A DNA stretch of 64,000 bases from Candidatus Eiseniibacteriota bacterium. Lineage in GTDB: Bacteria > Orphanbacterota > Orphanbacteria > Orphanbacterales > Orphanbacteraceae. Of this stretch, positions 1 through 7,837 are shown in pieces; positions within the stretch are counted from its first letter, which is position 1; each line of letters opens with the position of its first letter. The position numbers and the translations under genes are program-made. Location of the stretch: contig VGIW01000001.1 of the NCBI GenBank assembly GCA_016867715.1, positions 14,141 through 78,140 of the forward strand. Reading direction: 5' to 3'. Under the pieces are notes generated by a model. It had not been told where the DNA came from. It saw only the letters and a program-made list of their open reading frames with translations, and made no database searches.

Positions 1-756
1 CTCGATTGCTGGGAGGAGATCGCCGAGCGAAACGGGAAGCGCACGGTTCCGGTCTGCTACATGAACTCGAGCGCGGCGATCAAAGCCTTCTGCGGCGACC
101 AGGGCGGGATCGTTTGCACCTCATCGAACGCGCACTCGGTCTTTCGGTGGGCGTTCGAGCGGGGAGAGCGGATTCTCTTCATCCCGGATGAGCATCTCGG
201 AAGGAACACGGCGCACACGCTCGGGATCGGAGACGAAGAGCTGACGGTCTGGGATCCGGCGAAGCCGCTCGGGGGATGCGAAGAAGGGGCTCTCGACCGC
301 GCGCGCGTTCTGCTTTGGAAGGGATTCTGCAGCGTGCACATGCATTTTCTTCCCGAGCACGTCGACCGGATGCGCGAGCGCTTTCCGGGTATCCGCGTGA
401 TCGTGCATCCGGAGTGCACGGCCGAGGTCGTGGCGAAAGCGGACGCGATGGGATCGACCGAGCAGATCCTTCGCGCGGTCCGCGAGAGCGCTCCGGGGAC
501 GCGTTGGGCGGTCGGGACCGAGTTTCATCTCGTCGGACGGCTCGCGGCCGAGATGGCTCCGCGCGGGGTCGAGGTCTCGACCCTCTCGCCGTTCGCCTGC
601 CAGTGCGCCACGATGTACCGGATCCACCCGCGGTCCCTCTGCTATGTCCTCGAGAGTCTGGTCGAGGGGTGCGTCGTGAACCGGATCGTCGTTCCGGAAA
701 AGATCGCGTGCTCCGCCCGGGTCGCCCTCGATCGAATGCTCGAGCACAAAGGGTAG
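1..756 (+). CDS. nadA: Quinolinate synthase NadA, C-terminal ~250 aa (5' end lies outside the window)
   Basis: Frame 1 reads LDCWEEIAERNGKRTVPVCYMNSSAAIKAFCGDQGGIVCTSSNA...FLPEHVDRMRERFPGIRVIVHPEC from position 1, which is the conserved NadA C-terminal half. Stop TAG at 754-756. Confidence 0.85.
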   Translation, partial: LDCWEEIAERNGKRTVPVCYMNSSAAIKAFCGDQGGIVCTSSNAHSVFRWAFERGERILFIPDEHLGRNTAHTLGIGDEELTVWDPAKPLGGCEEGALDRARVLLWKGFCSVHMHFLPEHVDRMRERFPGIRVIVHPECTAEVVAKADAMGSTEQILRAVRESAPGTRWAVGTEFHLVGRLAAEMAPRGVEVSTLSPFACQCATMYRIHPRSLCYVLESLVEGCVVNRIVVPEKIACSARVALDRMLEHKG

Positions 757-801
757 ATGCGCGGGAGCGTGGGGTCGCCGTCTCCTGCGGCTTCGTTGGC
801 G

Positions 802-960
802 GACACGCGGGTCGTGGGAGGCCACGGCCCGCACGTGGTCCCGTCTGCGAACGGCGGGTCCTGTCGGCGGCTGTCCGCTCCATGCTCGCCAGTCGCCCTT
901 CGGGCTTGGTGGCTGCGCTTCTCGCGGACACCTGCCGCCGCCACCCGCCGTGGTTGAGTG
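802..960 (+). repeat. GC-rich ~120-bp repeat unit, copy A: degenerate terminal direct repeat plus core
   Basis: Core acggcgggtcctgtcggcggctgtccgctcCatgctcgccagtcgcccttcgggcttggtggctgcgcttctcgcggacAcctgccgccgccacccgccgtggt is about 97% identical to 41450-41557. It is flanked by a degenerate copy of gcggacRcctgccgccgccacccgcNcgtggt. It contains a GCCC-UUCG-GGC hairpin. Confidence 0.6.
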
Positions 961-1146
961 GATGAATCGTTGCAGGCCGAATTCGGTGCGCGAATGGAGC
1001 TCCGGCCGATCCCTGAAGACGTCCCCCCGCGCGGGTGGCGGCCACGGCCACCACCCAGTCTGGGTACCATGAATGCCTTCGATCGGTTATGATGAAAGAA
1101 GACGGGCGGGAGGATCGCCCGTTTGTTCCGAAAGGGAGGACGATCC

Positions 1147-1335
1147 GTGCCGATCTACGAGTACCGCTGCATGAGCTGTCAGCACTTTTTCTCCCTTCTC
1201 GTGTTCGGAAGGGAGGAGATCCGCTGCCCGAAGTGCGGGGCGGATCAAGTCGAAAAACAGTTCTCGATCTTCGGCGTGGGGGGGAGCTCTCCCTCCGGCG
1301 CGGGGCCGTCCTGCGGGCATTCGGGCGGGTCTTGA
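1147..1335 (+). CDS. FmdB-family zinc-ribbon protein (putative regulatory protein)
   Basis: A GTG start at 1147 gives MPIYEYRCMSCQHFFS...CPKCG, the canonical FmdB N-terminus with CxxC...CxxC. An RBS (aagggagg) lies ~8 nt upstream. Confidence 0.6.
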   Translation: MPIYEYRCMSCQHFFSLLVFGREEIRCPKCGADQVEKQFSIFGVGGSSPSGAGPSCGHSGGS

Positions 1336-1384
1336 GGGCCGAGATGTTGAGGCCTGAAGGTCTCAGGCCGGAGAGTAGGACTTC

Positions 1385-2671
1385 GTGCGCGCGTCCGTTC
1401 ACACGCTCGGCTGCCGTCTGAATCAGGCGGAGAGCGCTCTTCTGCTCGGCGGCCTCCTTTCGCGCGGCTGGTCCGCTGCGCCCGAGGGGGAGAGCGCCGA
1501 TCTCCACATCATCAACACCTGTTCGGTCACGAGGGGGAGCGAGGCGAAATGCAGGCGCCTCATCCGCCTTCTCCGGAAGCGATCGCCGGAGGCGCGCGTC
1601 GTGGTGACCGGGTGCTACGCGGAGCTCGACGCGGAGCGGATCCGCGCAATCGGCGGCGTCGATCTTGTCGTCGGAACCGTGGACAAGCACCGCCTTCCCG
1701 ACCTCGTCTCCGCGATCGACAAGTCCTCTCCGGTCTTGAGAAACCGGGTCGAGCGCGGCCCCTTCGCGATCGAGGGAGCCGGAATCTTCGCCGAGACGCG
1801 CGCGAACTTGAAGATCCAGGACGGGTGCGACCAATTCTGCGCCTTCTGCGTGATCCCGCTCACGCGGGGGCGCGCGCGGAGCCGGCGCGCGGATGATTGC
1901 GTGCGCGAGGCGGAAGCGCTCGCGGCGCGCGGGCATCGAGAGATCGTTCTTTCGGGCGTGAACATTGGAACGTACTCGGACGGCGGCGCCGACCTCGCGC
2001 GGCTCATCGATCGGCTGGAGGAGGTTTCCGGGATCGATCGGATCCGAATCGGGTCGATCGAGCCGATGACGGCGGGGGACGAGATCATCGCGCGCATGGA
2101 GCGCGGCGGGAAGCTCTGCCCGTACCTCCATCTTTGTCTGCAGAGCGCCGACGACGGGATTCTCGCCGCGATGGGGAGGCCCTACACCGCGGCGTCGTAC
2201 GCCGCGCTCTTCGGAGCGTTCGCCCGCCGCGTGCCGGACGTCGGCGTCGGAACGGACGTGCTCGTCGGCTTTCCCGGAGAAACGGAAGAGGCGTTCCGCA
2301 ACACGATGGGTCTTCTCGAGTCGCTTCCCTTCTATCATTTCCACGTCTTCCCCTACTCCGAGCATCCAAGGACGCGCTCCGCGCGCCTTCCGGGGAAGGT
2401 GCGTCCCGACATCATCCGGCGCCGGGCGGACGAAGCCCGCGCGCTCGGCGAGGAGAAGAAGCGGCGTTTCCACGAGCGCTTCATCGGAAGGACGCTCGAC
2501 GTCCTCTTCGAGACGCGCGACCGGAGCGGGCGCTGGGTCGGCCACGCGCCGAACTACACGCGCGTCGCCGCCCGCTCGGCGGAGGATCTCGAGAACCGGA
2601 TCGCGCGCGTGCGCGTCGAAGAATCGTCGGTCGCGGATGCGCGGGGAACGGTCGAGGAGGTTCTCGGTTGA
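1385..2671 (+). CDS. mtaB: Radical-SAM methylthiotransferase, MtaB/RimO-like (MiaB family, with TRAM C-terminus)
   Basis: N-terminal TLGCRLNQ.ES MTTase domain. Radical-SAM CxxxCxxC is present in IQDGCDQFCAFCVIP. C-terminal TRAM-like region. GTG start. Confidence 0.75.
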   Translation: MRASVHTLGCRLNQAESALLLGGLLSRGWSAAPEGESADLHIINTCSVTRGSEAKCRRLIRLLRKRSPEARVVVTGCYAELDAERIRAIGGVDLVVGTVDKHRLPDLVSAIDKSSPVLRNRVERGPFAIEGAGIFAETRANLKIQDGCDQFCAFCVIPLTRGRARSRRADDCVREAEALAARGHREIVLSGVNIGTYSDGGADLARLIDRLEEVSGIDRIRIGSIEPMTAGDEIIARMERGGKLCPYLHLCLQSADDGILAAMGRPYTAASYAALFGAFARRVPDVGVGTDVLVGFPGETEEAFRNTMGLLESLPFYHFHVFPYSEHPRTRSARLPGKVRPDIIRRRADEARALGEEKKRRFHERFIGRTLDVLFETRDRSGRWVGHAPNYTRVAARSAEDLENRIARVRVEESSVADARGTVEEVLG

Positions 2672-4023
2672 AGGTTTATCTCGAAACCTACGGATGCCAG
2701 ATGAACCTCTCCGATTCGGAGGTCATCGGCGGGCTCCTCGAGGGAGAGGGCTTCGAGGTCGTCGAGGACCTTCGCGAGGCGGACCGCATCCTGATCAACA
2801 CGTGCGCGGTGCGCGAGCACGCGGAGGAACGGATCTACCAGCGCCTCCGGCAGCTCCATCCTTTGAAGAACGAGAGGCCGGCTCTTCGGATCGGCATCCT
2901 CGGATGCCTCGCGCAGAACCTCAAGGCGGATCTCCTCGAACACGAAGGGGCGGTCGACTTCATCGTCGGTCCGGACGCGTATCGGGCTCTCCCCGATCTT
3001 CTCCGAAAGAGCGCGAAGGGCGACCGGGAGCGGGAAACGCGGCTCTCGAAGACCGAAACGTACACGGACATCCCGCCGCTTCGACGCTCGGGCGTGAACG
3101 CCTGGATCACGGTGATGCGCGGCTGCGACAACTTCTGCACGTTCTGCGTCGTGCCGTACACGCGGGGGCGGGAGAGGTCGCGGCCGCTCGCGTCGGTCCT
3201 CGCCGAAGCGCGCGCGGTCGTCCGAGAAGGCGTCCCGCAGATCACGCTTCTCGGGCAGAACGTGAACTCGTACCGGGACGAAGGGCGCGGTTTCGCGGAT
3301 CTCCTTCGCGCCATGTGCCGGGTCGACGGAATTCGGCGCGTTCGTTTCACCTCTCCCCATCCGAAGGATTTTCCGGACCAGCTCCTTTGCGTCCTCGCCG
3401 AGGAGCCGGCCGCGATGCCTCACGTGCACCTTCCCCTCCAGTCGGGGAGCGACCGGGTTCTGGATCGGATGGGACGCGGCTACACGCGGGAGCATTTCGA
3501 CGGCATTGTCCAGCGGATTCGGGAAGCGATCCCCGGGGTCGCGATCACGACCGATCTCATCGCGGGCTTCCCGGGCGAAACGGACGGAGATTTCGAGGAA
3601 ACCGTCCGCGCGATGGAGGAGATCCGCTTCCATTCGGCGTTCACGTTCCCGTACTCGGAACGCAAGCACACGCTCGCCGCGCGCCGCTTCGCGGACGACG
3701 TCCCCTCCGAGGTGAAGAGCGAGCGCGTGACGCGCCTCGCGCGCATGGAGAGGGAGCACTCGAGGGAGAGGCTCGAGGAAGAGGTGGGGACGGAGGCGGA
3801 GGTCCTTGTCGAGAGCGCCAGCAAGAAGTCGGCGGAGGAGGCGTTCGGGCGAACGCCGAAGGGGAGCGGCGTCGTCTTTCCGGTCGAGCGCGTGAGGCCG
3901 GGCGAGATCCGCTCGGTCCGGCTCGTTCGCGCCACGGCCCATACCCTGATCGGGGTTTCCGGTCAACCCGATGGAAGTGCGCTCCACGCGCGGCCGCCGG
4001 GGCCCGGGGCGAGGGGTGTCTGA
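2668..4023 (+). CDS. miaB: tRNA-i6A37 methylthiotransferase MiaB
   Basis: The TTG at 2668 overlaps the mtaB stop (TTGA). Sequence LKVYLETYGCQMNLSDSE..., radical-SAM motif CDNFCTFCVVPYTRGRERSR, TRAM C-terminus. The long M-prefixed ORF 1897-4023 is an artifactual 5' extension. Confidence 0.8.
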   Translation: MKVYLETYGCQMNLSDSEVIGGLLEGEGFEVVEDLREADRILINTCAVREHAEERIYQRLRQLHPLKNERPALRIGILGCLAQNLKADLLEHEGAVDFIVGPDAYRALPDLLRKSAKGDRERETRLSKTETYTDIPPLRRSGVNAWITVMRGCDNFCTFCVVPYTRGRERSRPLASVLAEARAVVREGVPQITLLGQNVNSYRDEGRGFADLLRAMCRVDGIRRVRFTSPHPKDFPDQLLCVLAEEPAAMPHVHLPLQSGSDRVLDRMGRGYTREHFDGIVQRIREAIPGVAITTDLIAGFPGETDGDFEETVRAMEEIRFHSAFTFPYSERKHTLAARRFADDVPSEVKSERVTRLARMEREHSRERLEEEVGTEAEVLVESASKKSAEEAFGRTPKGSGVVFPVERVRPGEIRSVRLVRATAHTLIGVSGQPDGSALHARPPGPGARGV

Positions 4024-4144
4024 GCCTGTACGCGCCTGCCCCGGGCCGAGGCCGGGAGGCGCCGGTCGAGTCTCCGTCGGATTCGGATTCATCCGGCGCG
4101 AGACGAACCTCTCGGGCTCCCGGCGAGAGGCGACGAATCCGGGG

Positions 4145-4173
4145 TTGAGGACCGCATCGTCTTCTGCTATACT
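4145..4173 (+). promoter_or_regulatory. Candidate sigma70-type promoter, TTGAGG-17-TATACT
   Basis: -35 TTGAGG (4145-4150), 17-nt spacer, -10 TATACT (4168-4173). It sits in the non-coding gap after miaB. Confidence 0.35.
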
Positions 4174-4305
4174 AGCAAAGCTCGGGCGGGGCCGGCTCGT
4201 GGTGTGAGGGGCAGAGGCAGAGGTCGAAACGGACGCCGGAAACCGCCTCCCCGCCGGATTCCTGCCCCGCAAGTTGCGATCCCCTGTTCGAGAGGTCGTT
4301 GGAAC

Positions 4306-4500
4306 GTGAGCGGAAAGAACGGTCGGCAAGAAGTCCTCGCGAGCGCGTCCCGAGTCGAAGAGCACTCCACACCGAACGGCGAGTATCGCTGCATCGTGTG
4401 CGGGATGCGCTATCGTGCGAGAGAGCACGCCGAGATCTGCTGCAAGAAGATCGCCGGAATCGAGAACCTCGGAGGGCGCAGGCAACACCGCTGGCGCTGA
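4306..4500 (+). CDS. Small hypothetical Cys-rich protein (possible zinc-binding, ~64 aa)
   Basis: GTG 4306 ...EYRCIVCGMRYRAREHAEICCKK... (C-x2-C-x10-H-x4-CC). It lies downstream of the candidate promoter at 4145. The start is uncertain, and this could be a spurious high-GC ORF. Confidence 0.25.
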   Translation: MSGKNGRQEVLASASRVEEHSTPNGEYRCIVCGMRYRAREHAEICCKKIAGIENLGGRRQHRWR

Positions 4501-4597
4501 TCCCGGTCGACGCGCGCCGACGGGGCGGGGCCTTTCCGCTTCGTTTCTCCGGCGCGCGTTGCCGCATCCGCTCTTCGATCCCGCTCCGTTCTTTTTC

Positions 4598-4627
4598 TTG
4601 ACCCTTGCCGGGCCGGATCCGTATATT
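4598..4627 (+). promoter_or_regulatory. Candidate sigma70-type promoter for the nuo operon, TTGACC-18-TATATT
   Basis: -35 TTGACC (4598-4603) preceded by a T-rich tract, then -10 TATATT (4622-4627). It lies ~185 nt upstream of nuoA. Confidence 0.45.
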
Positions 4628-4810
4628 TCCCTGCGAACCGAACACGCACCCCGGCGGCCGCGCGCGCGACGGATGGATCGCGCGGCGTGGGCGGTCCGGT
4701 TCCTCGAGACGCCGGCCCGTCGCGTCCGGCCGGCTTCACAAGGCTTCTCCCGGAAGCGTTCCGGGGCCCGCCCGGGACCGCTTCCGTTCGTCTCCTCGTG
4801 TGGGGATCGA

Positions 4811-5164
4811 ATGAACGGTTACGCCCCGCTCATCCTCGTGGTCGCTCTCGCCCTGATCACCCCGGCGATGCTGCTCGTCGTCTCGAACTTCCTCGGAGCG
4901 AGACGGACGGAGCGGACGAAAGGGGAGCCGTACGAGTGCGGCATTCCGCAGCCCGCTCCCCCACGCCGGGCGATCCCCGTGAAGTACTACTTGGTGGCCG
5001 TTCTCTTCCTCCTCTTCGATGTCGAGGCGGTCTTCCTCTATCCGTGGGCCGTCGTCTACCGGCGTCTCGGTCTCTTCGGTTTCGTCGAGATGGCCGTCTT
5101 CCTCGCGATGCTCGTCGCGGGGCTCGTCTATGTTTGGAAGCGGGGGGCGCTCGAATGGGATTGA
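4811..5164 (+). CDS. nuoA: NADH-quinone oxidoreductase subunit A
   Basis: MNGYAPLILVVALALITPAMLL...EPYECG...YPWAVVYRRLGLFGFVEMAVFL, the typical NuoA/ND3 sequence. The upstream part of ORF 4415-5164 is an artifact. Confidence 0.9.
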   Translation: MNGYAPLILVVALALITPAMLLVVSNFLGARRTERTKGEPYECGIPQPAPPRRAIPVKYYLVAVLFLLFDVEAVFLYPWAVVYRRLGLFGFVEMAVFLAMLVAGLVYVWKRGALEWD

Positions 5165-5661
5165 GGGAGATCGAGAACCTCTCCGGATCGGGCGTGCTCA
5201 CCACGCGTCTCGACGCGGTCCTTCGATGGGGGCGCCGGAACTCTCTCTGGCCGCTCCCCTACGGAACCGCCTGCTGCGCGATCGAGTTCATGGCGGTCGT
5301 CGCCTCTCCGTTCGATCTCTCGCGCTTCGGCGCCGAGGTGGTCCGCTTCTCCCCGCGCCAGTCGGATCTCCTCATCGTCTCGGGAACGATCGTGCACAAG
5401 CAGGCGGTGATCCTTCGCAGGATCTACGCGCAGATGGCGGAGCCGAAGTGGGTGATCGCGATGGGCGCCTGCGCGAGCGCGGGCGCGTTCTATGACAATT
5501 ATTGCACGCTTCAAGGAATCGACCACGTGATCCCCGTGGACATCTATATCCCCGGGTGTCCTCCGCGGCCCGAGGCGGTCCTCCACGCCGTCACGGAGCT
5601 GCAGAGGAGAATCGACGCGGGAGTCCCCCCCCGGTCGCAGCGGACGGAAGGGAGCGCATAG
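5155..5661 (+). CDS. nuoB: NADH-quinone oxidoreductase subunit B (20 kDa, Fe-S N2)
   Basis: MGLREIE...LWPLPYGTACCAIEFMA...MGACASAGAFYDNY...IPGCPPRPE. It overlaps the nuoA end by 10 nt. Confidence 0.92.
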   Translation: MGLREIENLSGSGVLTTRLDAVLRWGRRNSLWPLPYGTACCAIEFMAVVASPFDLSRFGAEVVRFSPRQSDLLIVSGTIVHKQAVILRRIYAQMAEPKWVIAMGACASAGAFYDNYCTLQGIDHVIPVDIYIPGCPPRPEAVLHAVTELQRRIDAGVPPRSQRTEGSA

Positions 5662-5663
5662 AC

Positions 5664-7355
5664 TTGTCGTCGCCGTCTCTCGACCGTTTCCGGAGCCGCT
5701 TGGCCGGCGCGGTCCGGGAGGAACCGAATCCCTTCGGGGATACGGTGTTTCGGGTGGAACCTTCCGGTCTTCGGGACGTTCTTCGCTCCCTCCGGGACGA
5801 GCACGGTTTCGATCTGCTCCTCGATGTCACCGCGGTCGATCGTCTGGAGCTCCCCGACTCGAAACCCCGCTTCGACGTCGTGTACATCTTGCGTCCTTCG
5901 GTCGGATCGGAACGCGTGCGGGTCCAGTGCCGTCCCCCGGACGAGGACCTCGCCCTCGAGACCGTCTCGGACCTCTGGAAGTCGGCGAACTGGGCGGAGC
6001 GCGAGGTCTACGATCAATACGGCGTCCGCTTCCGCAATCACCCGAACCTGAAGCGTATTTTGAATCATAAAGATTTCGTCGGCCATCCGCTCCGGAAGGA
6101 CTACGACATCAAGAAACAGCAGTGGCTCTCCGAGCCGGACGACCTGATGGACGAGATGCGGAAGCTCCGGGGCGGCGCGGAGGAGGAGGAGAGCGAGTCG
6201 GTCCTTCTCAACATCGGCCCCTCCCATCCGGCGATGCACGGAGCGCTCCGCGCGCTCGTCGATCTCGAGGGGGAGACGGTTCGGCATACGGTTCCCGAGA
6301 TCGGCTACCTCCATCGCGGGTTCGAGAAATCGGCGGAGAAGGGGACCTACACGCACGTGATCCCCTTCACGGACCGACTGAATTATTGCAGCTCGGTCAT
6401 GAACAACATCGGTTATTGCCGGACGATCGAGAAGATGCTCGGCATCGAGCCGACGGCGCGCGCGCAGACGATCCGCGTCGTTCTTCTCGAGCTCGGACGG
6501 ATCATGGACCATCTCGTGTGCGTCGCGGCGAACCTCGTCGATGTCGGCGCGCTCACCAACTACTGGTATCTGTTCAACGAGCGCGAGAGAATCTACGACG
6601 TGATCGAGGCGCTCTGCGGCGCGCGTCTCACGCACTGCTACGTTCGGATCGGCGGTCTCGCCCACGATCTCCATGCCGGCTTCGAGGAAGGAGTCGAGGG
6701 GATCCTCCGCGAGCTCCCGAAGGCTCTCGGGGACGTGGAGAGGCTCGTCGCCCGGAATCGGATCTTCCTCGACCGGGTGGTCGGCGTCGGCGCGATCTCG
6801 GCCGAGGAGGCGATCTCGCACGGGTTCACCGGGCCGTGCCTTCGCGCATGCGGCGTTCCGAACGACCTCCGGAAGGACGAGCCGTACTACGGCTACGACG
6901 GCTACGACTGGAACGTGATCGTCGGGACGCGCGGCGACGCGTACGACCGGATCTGGGTCCGCATGGAAGAGATGCGCGAGTCGATGCGGATCGTCGCGCA
7001 GGCGATGAAGAAGATGCCGGGCGGACCGGTGAACGTCGACGACAAACGCGTGTCGCTCCCGCCGAAGACCGAGGTGTACGGCAACATCGAGGCGCTGATG
7101 AACCACTTCATGATCATCATGGAGGGGATCAAGCCGCCCGCGGGCGAGTGCTACGGTTCGATCGAGGCGGCGAACGGCGAGCTCGGCTTCTTCGTCGTGA
7201 GCGATGGAACCGGAAAACCGTACAAGGTCAAGGTGCGCCCGCCCTGCTTCTATGTCTTTTCGGCGTTCCCGCGCCTTACGGAGGGGGGAATGATCCAGGA
7301 CATGATCGCGACGCTCGGGTCGCTGAACATTATTGCGGGGGAGTTGGACCGGTGA
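5664..7355 (+). CDS. nuoCD: NADH-quinone oxidoreductase fused subunit C/D (30 kDa + 49 kDa)
   Basis: A single ORF holds a NuoC region (DLLLDVTAVDRLEL...VVYILRP...DLWKSANWAEREVYDQYGVRF) followed by a NuoD region (LNIGPSHPAMHG...RIGGLAHD...ending ELDR). The TTG start at 5664 is inferred. Confidence 0.85.
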   Translation: MSSPSLDRFRSRLAGAVREEPNPFGDTVFRVEPSGLRDVLRSLRDEHGFDLLLDVTAVDRLELPDSKPRFDVVYILRPSVGSERVRVQCRPPDEDLALETVSDLWKSANWAEREVYDQYGVRFRNHPNLKRILNHKDFVGHPLRKDYDIKKQQWLSEPDDLMDEMRKLRGGAEEEESESVLLNIGPSHPAMHGALRALVDLEGETVRHTVPEIGYLHRGFEKSAEKGTYTHVIPFTDRLNYCSSVMNNIGYCRTIEKMLGIEPTARAQTIRVVLLELGRIMDHLVCVAANLVDVGALTNYWYLFNERERIYDVIEALCGARLTHCYVRIGGLAHDLHAGFEEGVEGILRELPKALGDVERLVARNRIFLDRVVGVGAISAEEAISHGFTGPCLRACGVPNDLRKDEPYYGYDGYDWNVIVGTRGDAYDRIWVRMEEMRESMRIVAQAMKKMPGGPVNVDDKRVSLPPKTEVYGNIEALMNHFMIIMEGIKPPAGECYGSIEAANGELGFFVVSDGTGKPYKVKVRPPCFYVFSAFPRLTEGGMIQDMIATLGSLNIIAGELDR

Positions 7356-7837
7356 AGACAGAGAAACCCCGCTGGAGCGCCGCGCGCGCGGAGGAGATCG
7401 AAGCGCTCCGCCGGCGCTATCCGACCGACCACGCGCTTCTCCTCCCGGTTCTGTGGATGGCGCAGCGCGACTTCGGTTGGATCTCGCACGAGGTGATGGA
7501 GCTCGCGGCGGAGACGTGCCGCACCTCTCCGGCGCATGTCTATTCGCTCGCGACCTTCTACACGATGTTCGAGCTCGAGAAGCCGATCCGCTATCACATC
7601 CAAGTGTGCAACAACCTCTCGTGCTCGCTCACAGGGTCGGAAGGGATTCTCGCCCACCTCGAGAAGCGTCTCGGCATTCGGGCGGGAGAGGCGACGGCGG
7701 ACGGACGGTTCCGGCTCACGGCGGTCGAGTGCCTCGCCTCGTGCGGAACGGGTCCCGCGATGCAAGTGAACGACGCGTACTACGAGAACCTGACGCTGGA
7801 GACGGTCGACGCCCTCCTCGAGGAGTGGATGAAGTGA
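7352..7837 (+). CDS. nuoE: NADH-quinone oxidoreductase subunit E (24 kDa, 2Fe-2S)
   Basis: The GTG start overlaps the nuoCD stop (GTGA). Sequence ...YSLATFYTMFELEKP...QVCNNLSCSLTGSEGIL...CLASCGTGPAMQVND. Confidence 0.88.
   Translation: MKTEKPRWSAARAEEIEALRRRYPTDHALLLPVLWMAQRDFGWISHEVMELAAETCRTSPAHVYSLATFYTMFELEKPIRYHIQVCNNLSCSLTGSEGILAHLEKRLGIRAGEATADGRFRLTAVECLASCGTGPAMQVNDAYYENLTLETVDALLEEWMK

Noticed and set aside
780-1060. Possibility that the repeats are a CRISPR array or tRNA
   Set aside because: The repeat unit is ~117 bp with no interspersed unique spacers of regular length. There is no cloverleaf, no T-loop (GTTCGAATC-like) or anticodon-arm pattern, and no cas genes nearby.
179-2545. 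788-aa minus-strand ORF spanning nadA to mtaB
   Set aside because: It is antisense to three well-supported + genes and runs across the repeat element. Its composition is dominated by R, P and G.
1897-2667. N-terminal 257-aa extension of the miaB ORF (M at 1897)
   Set aside because: The extension is in a different frame from mtaB but overlaps it completely and is R-rich junk. The conserved MiaB N-terminus (KVYLETYGCQMN) begins at the TTG at 2668.
2554-4488. 644-aa minus-strand ORF
   Set aside because: It is antisense to miaB, with no motifs.
5544-7106. 520-aa minus-strand ORF
   Set aside because: It is antisense to nuoCD.
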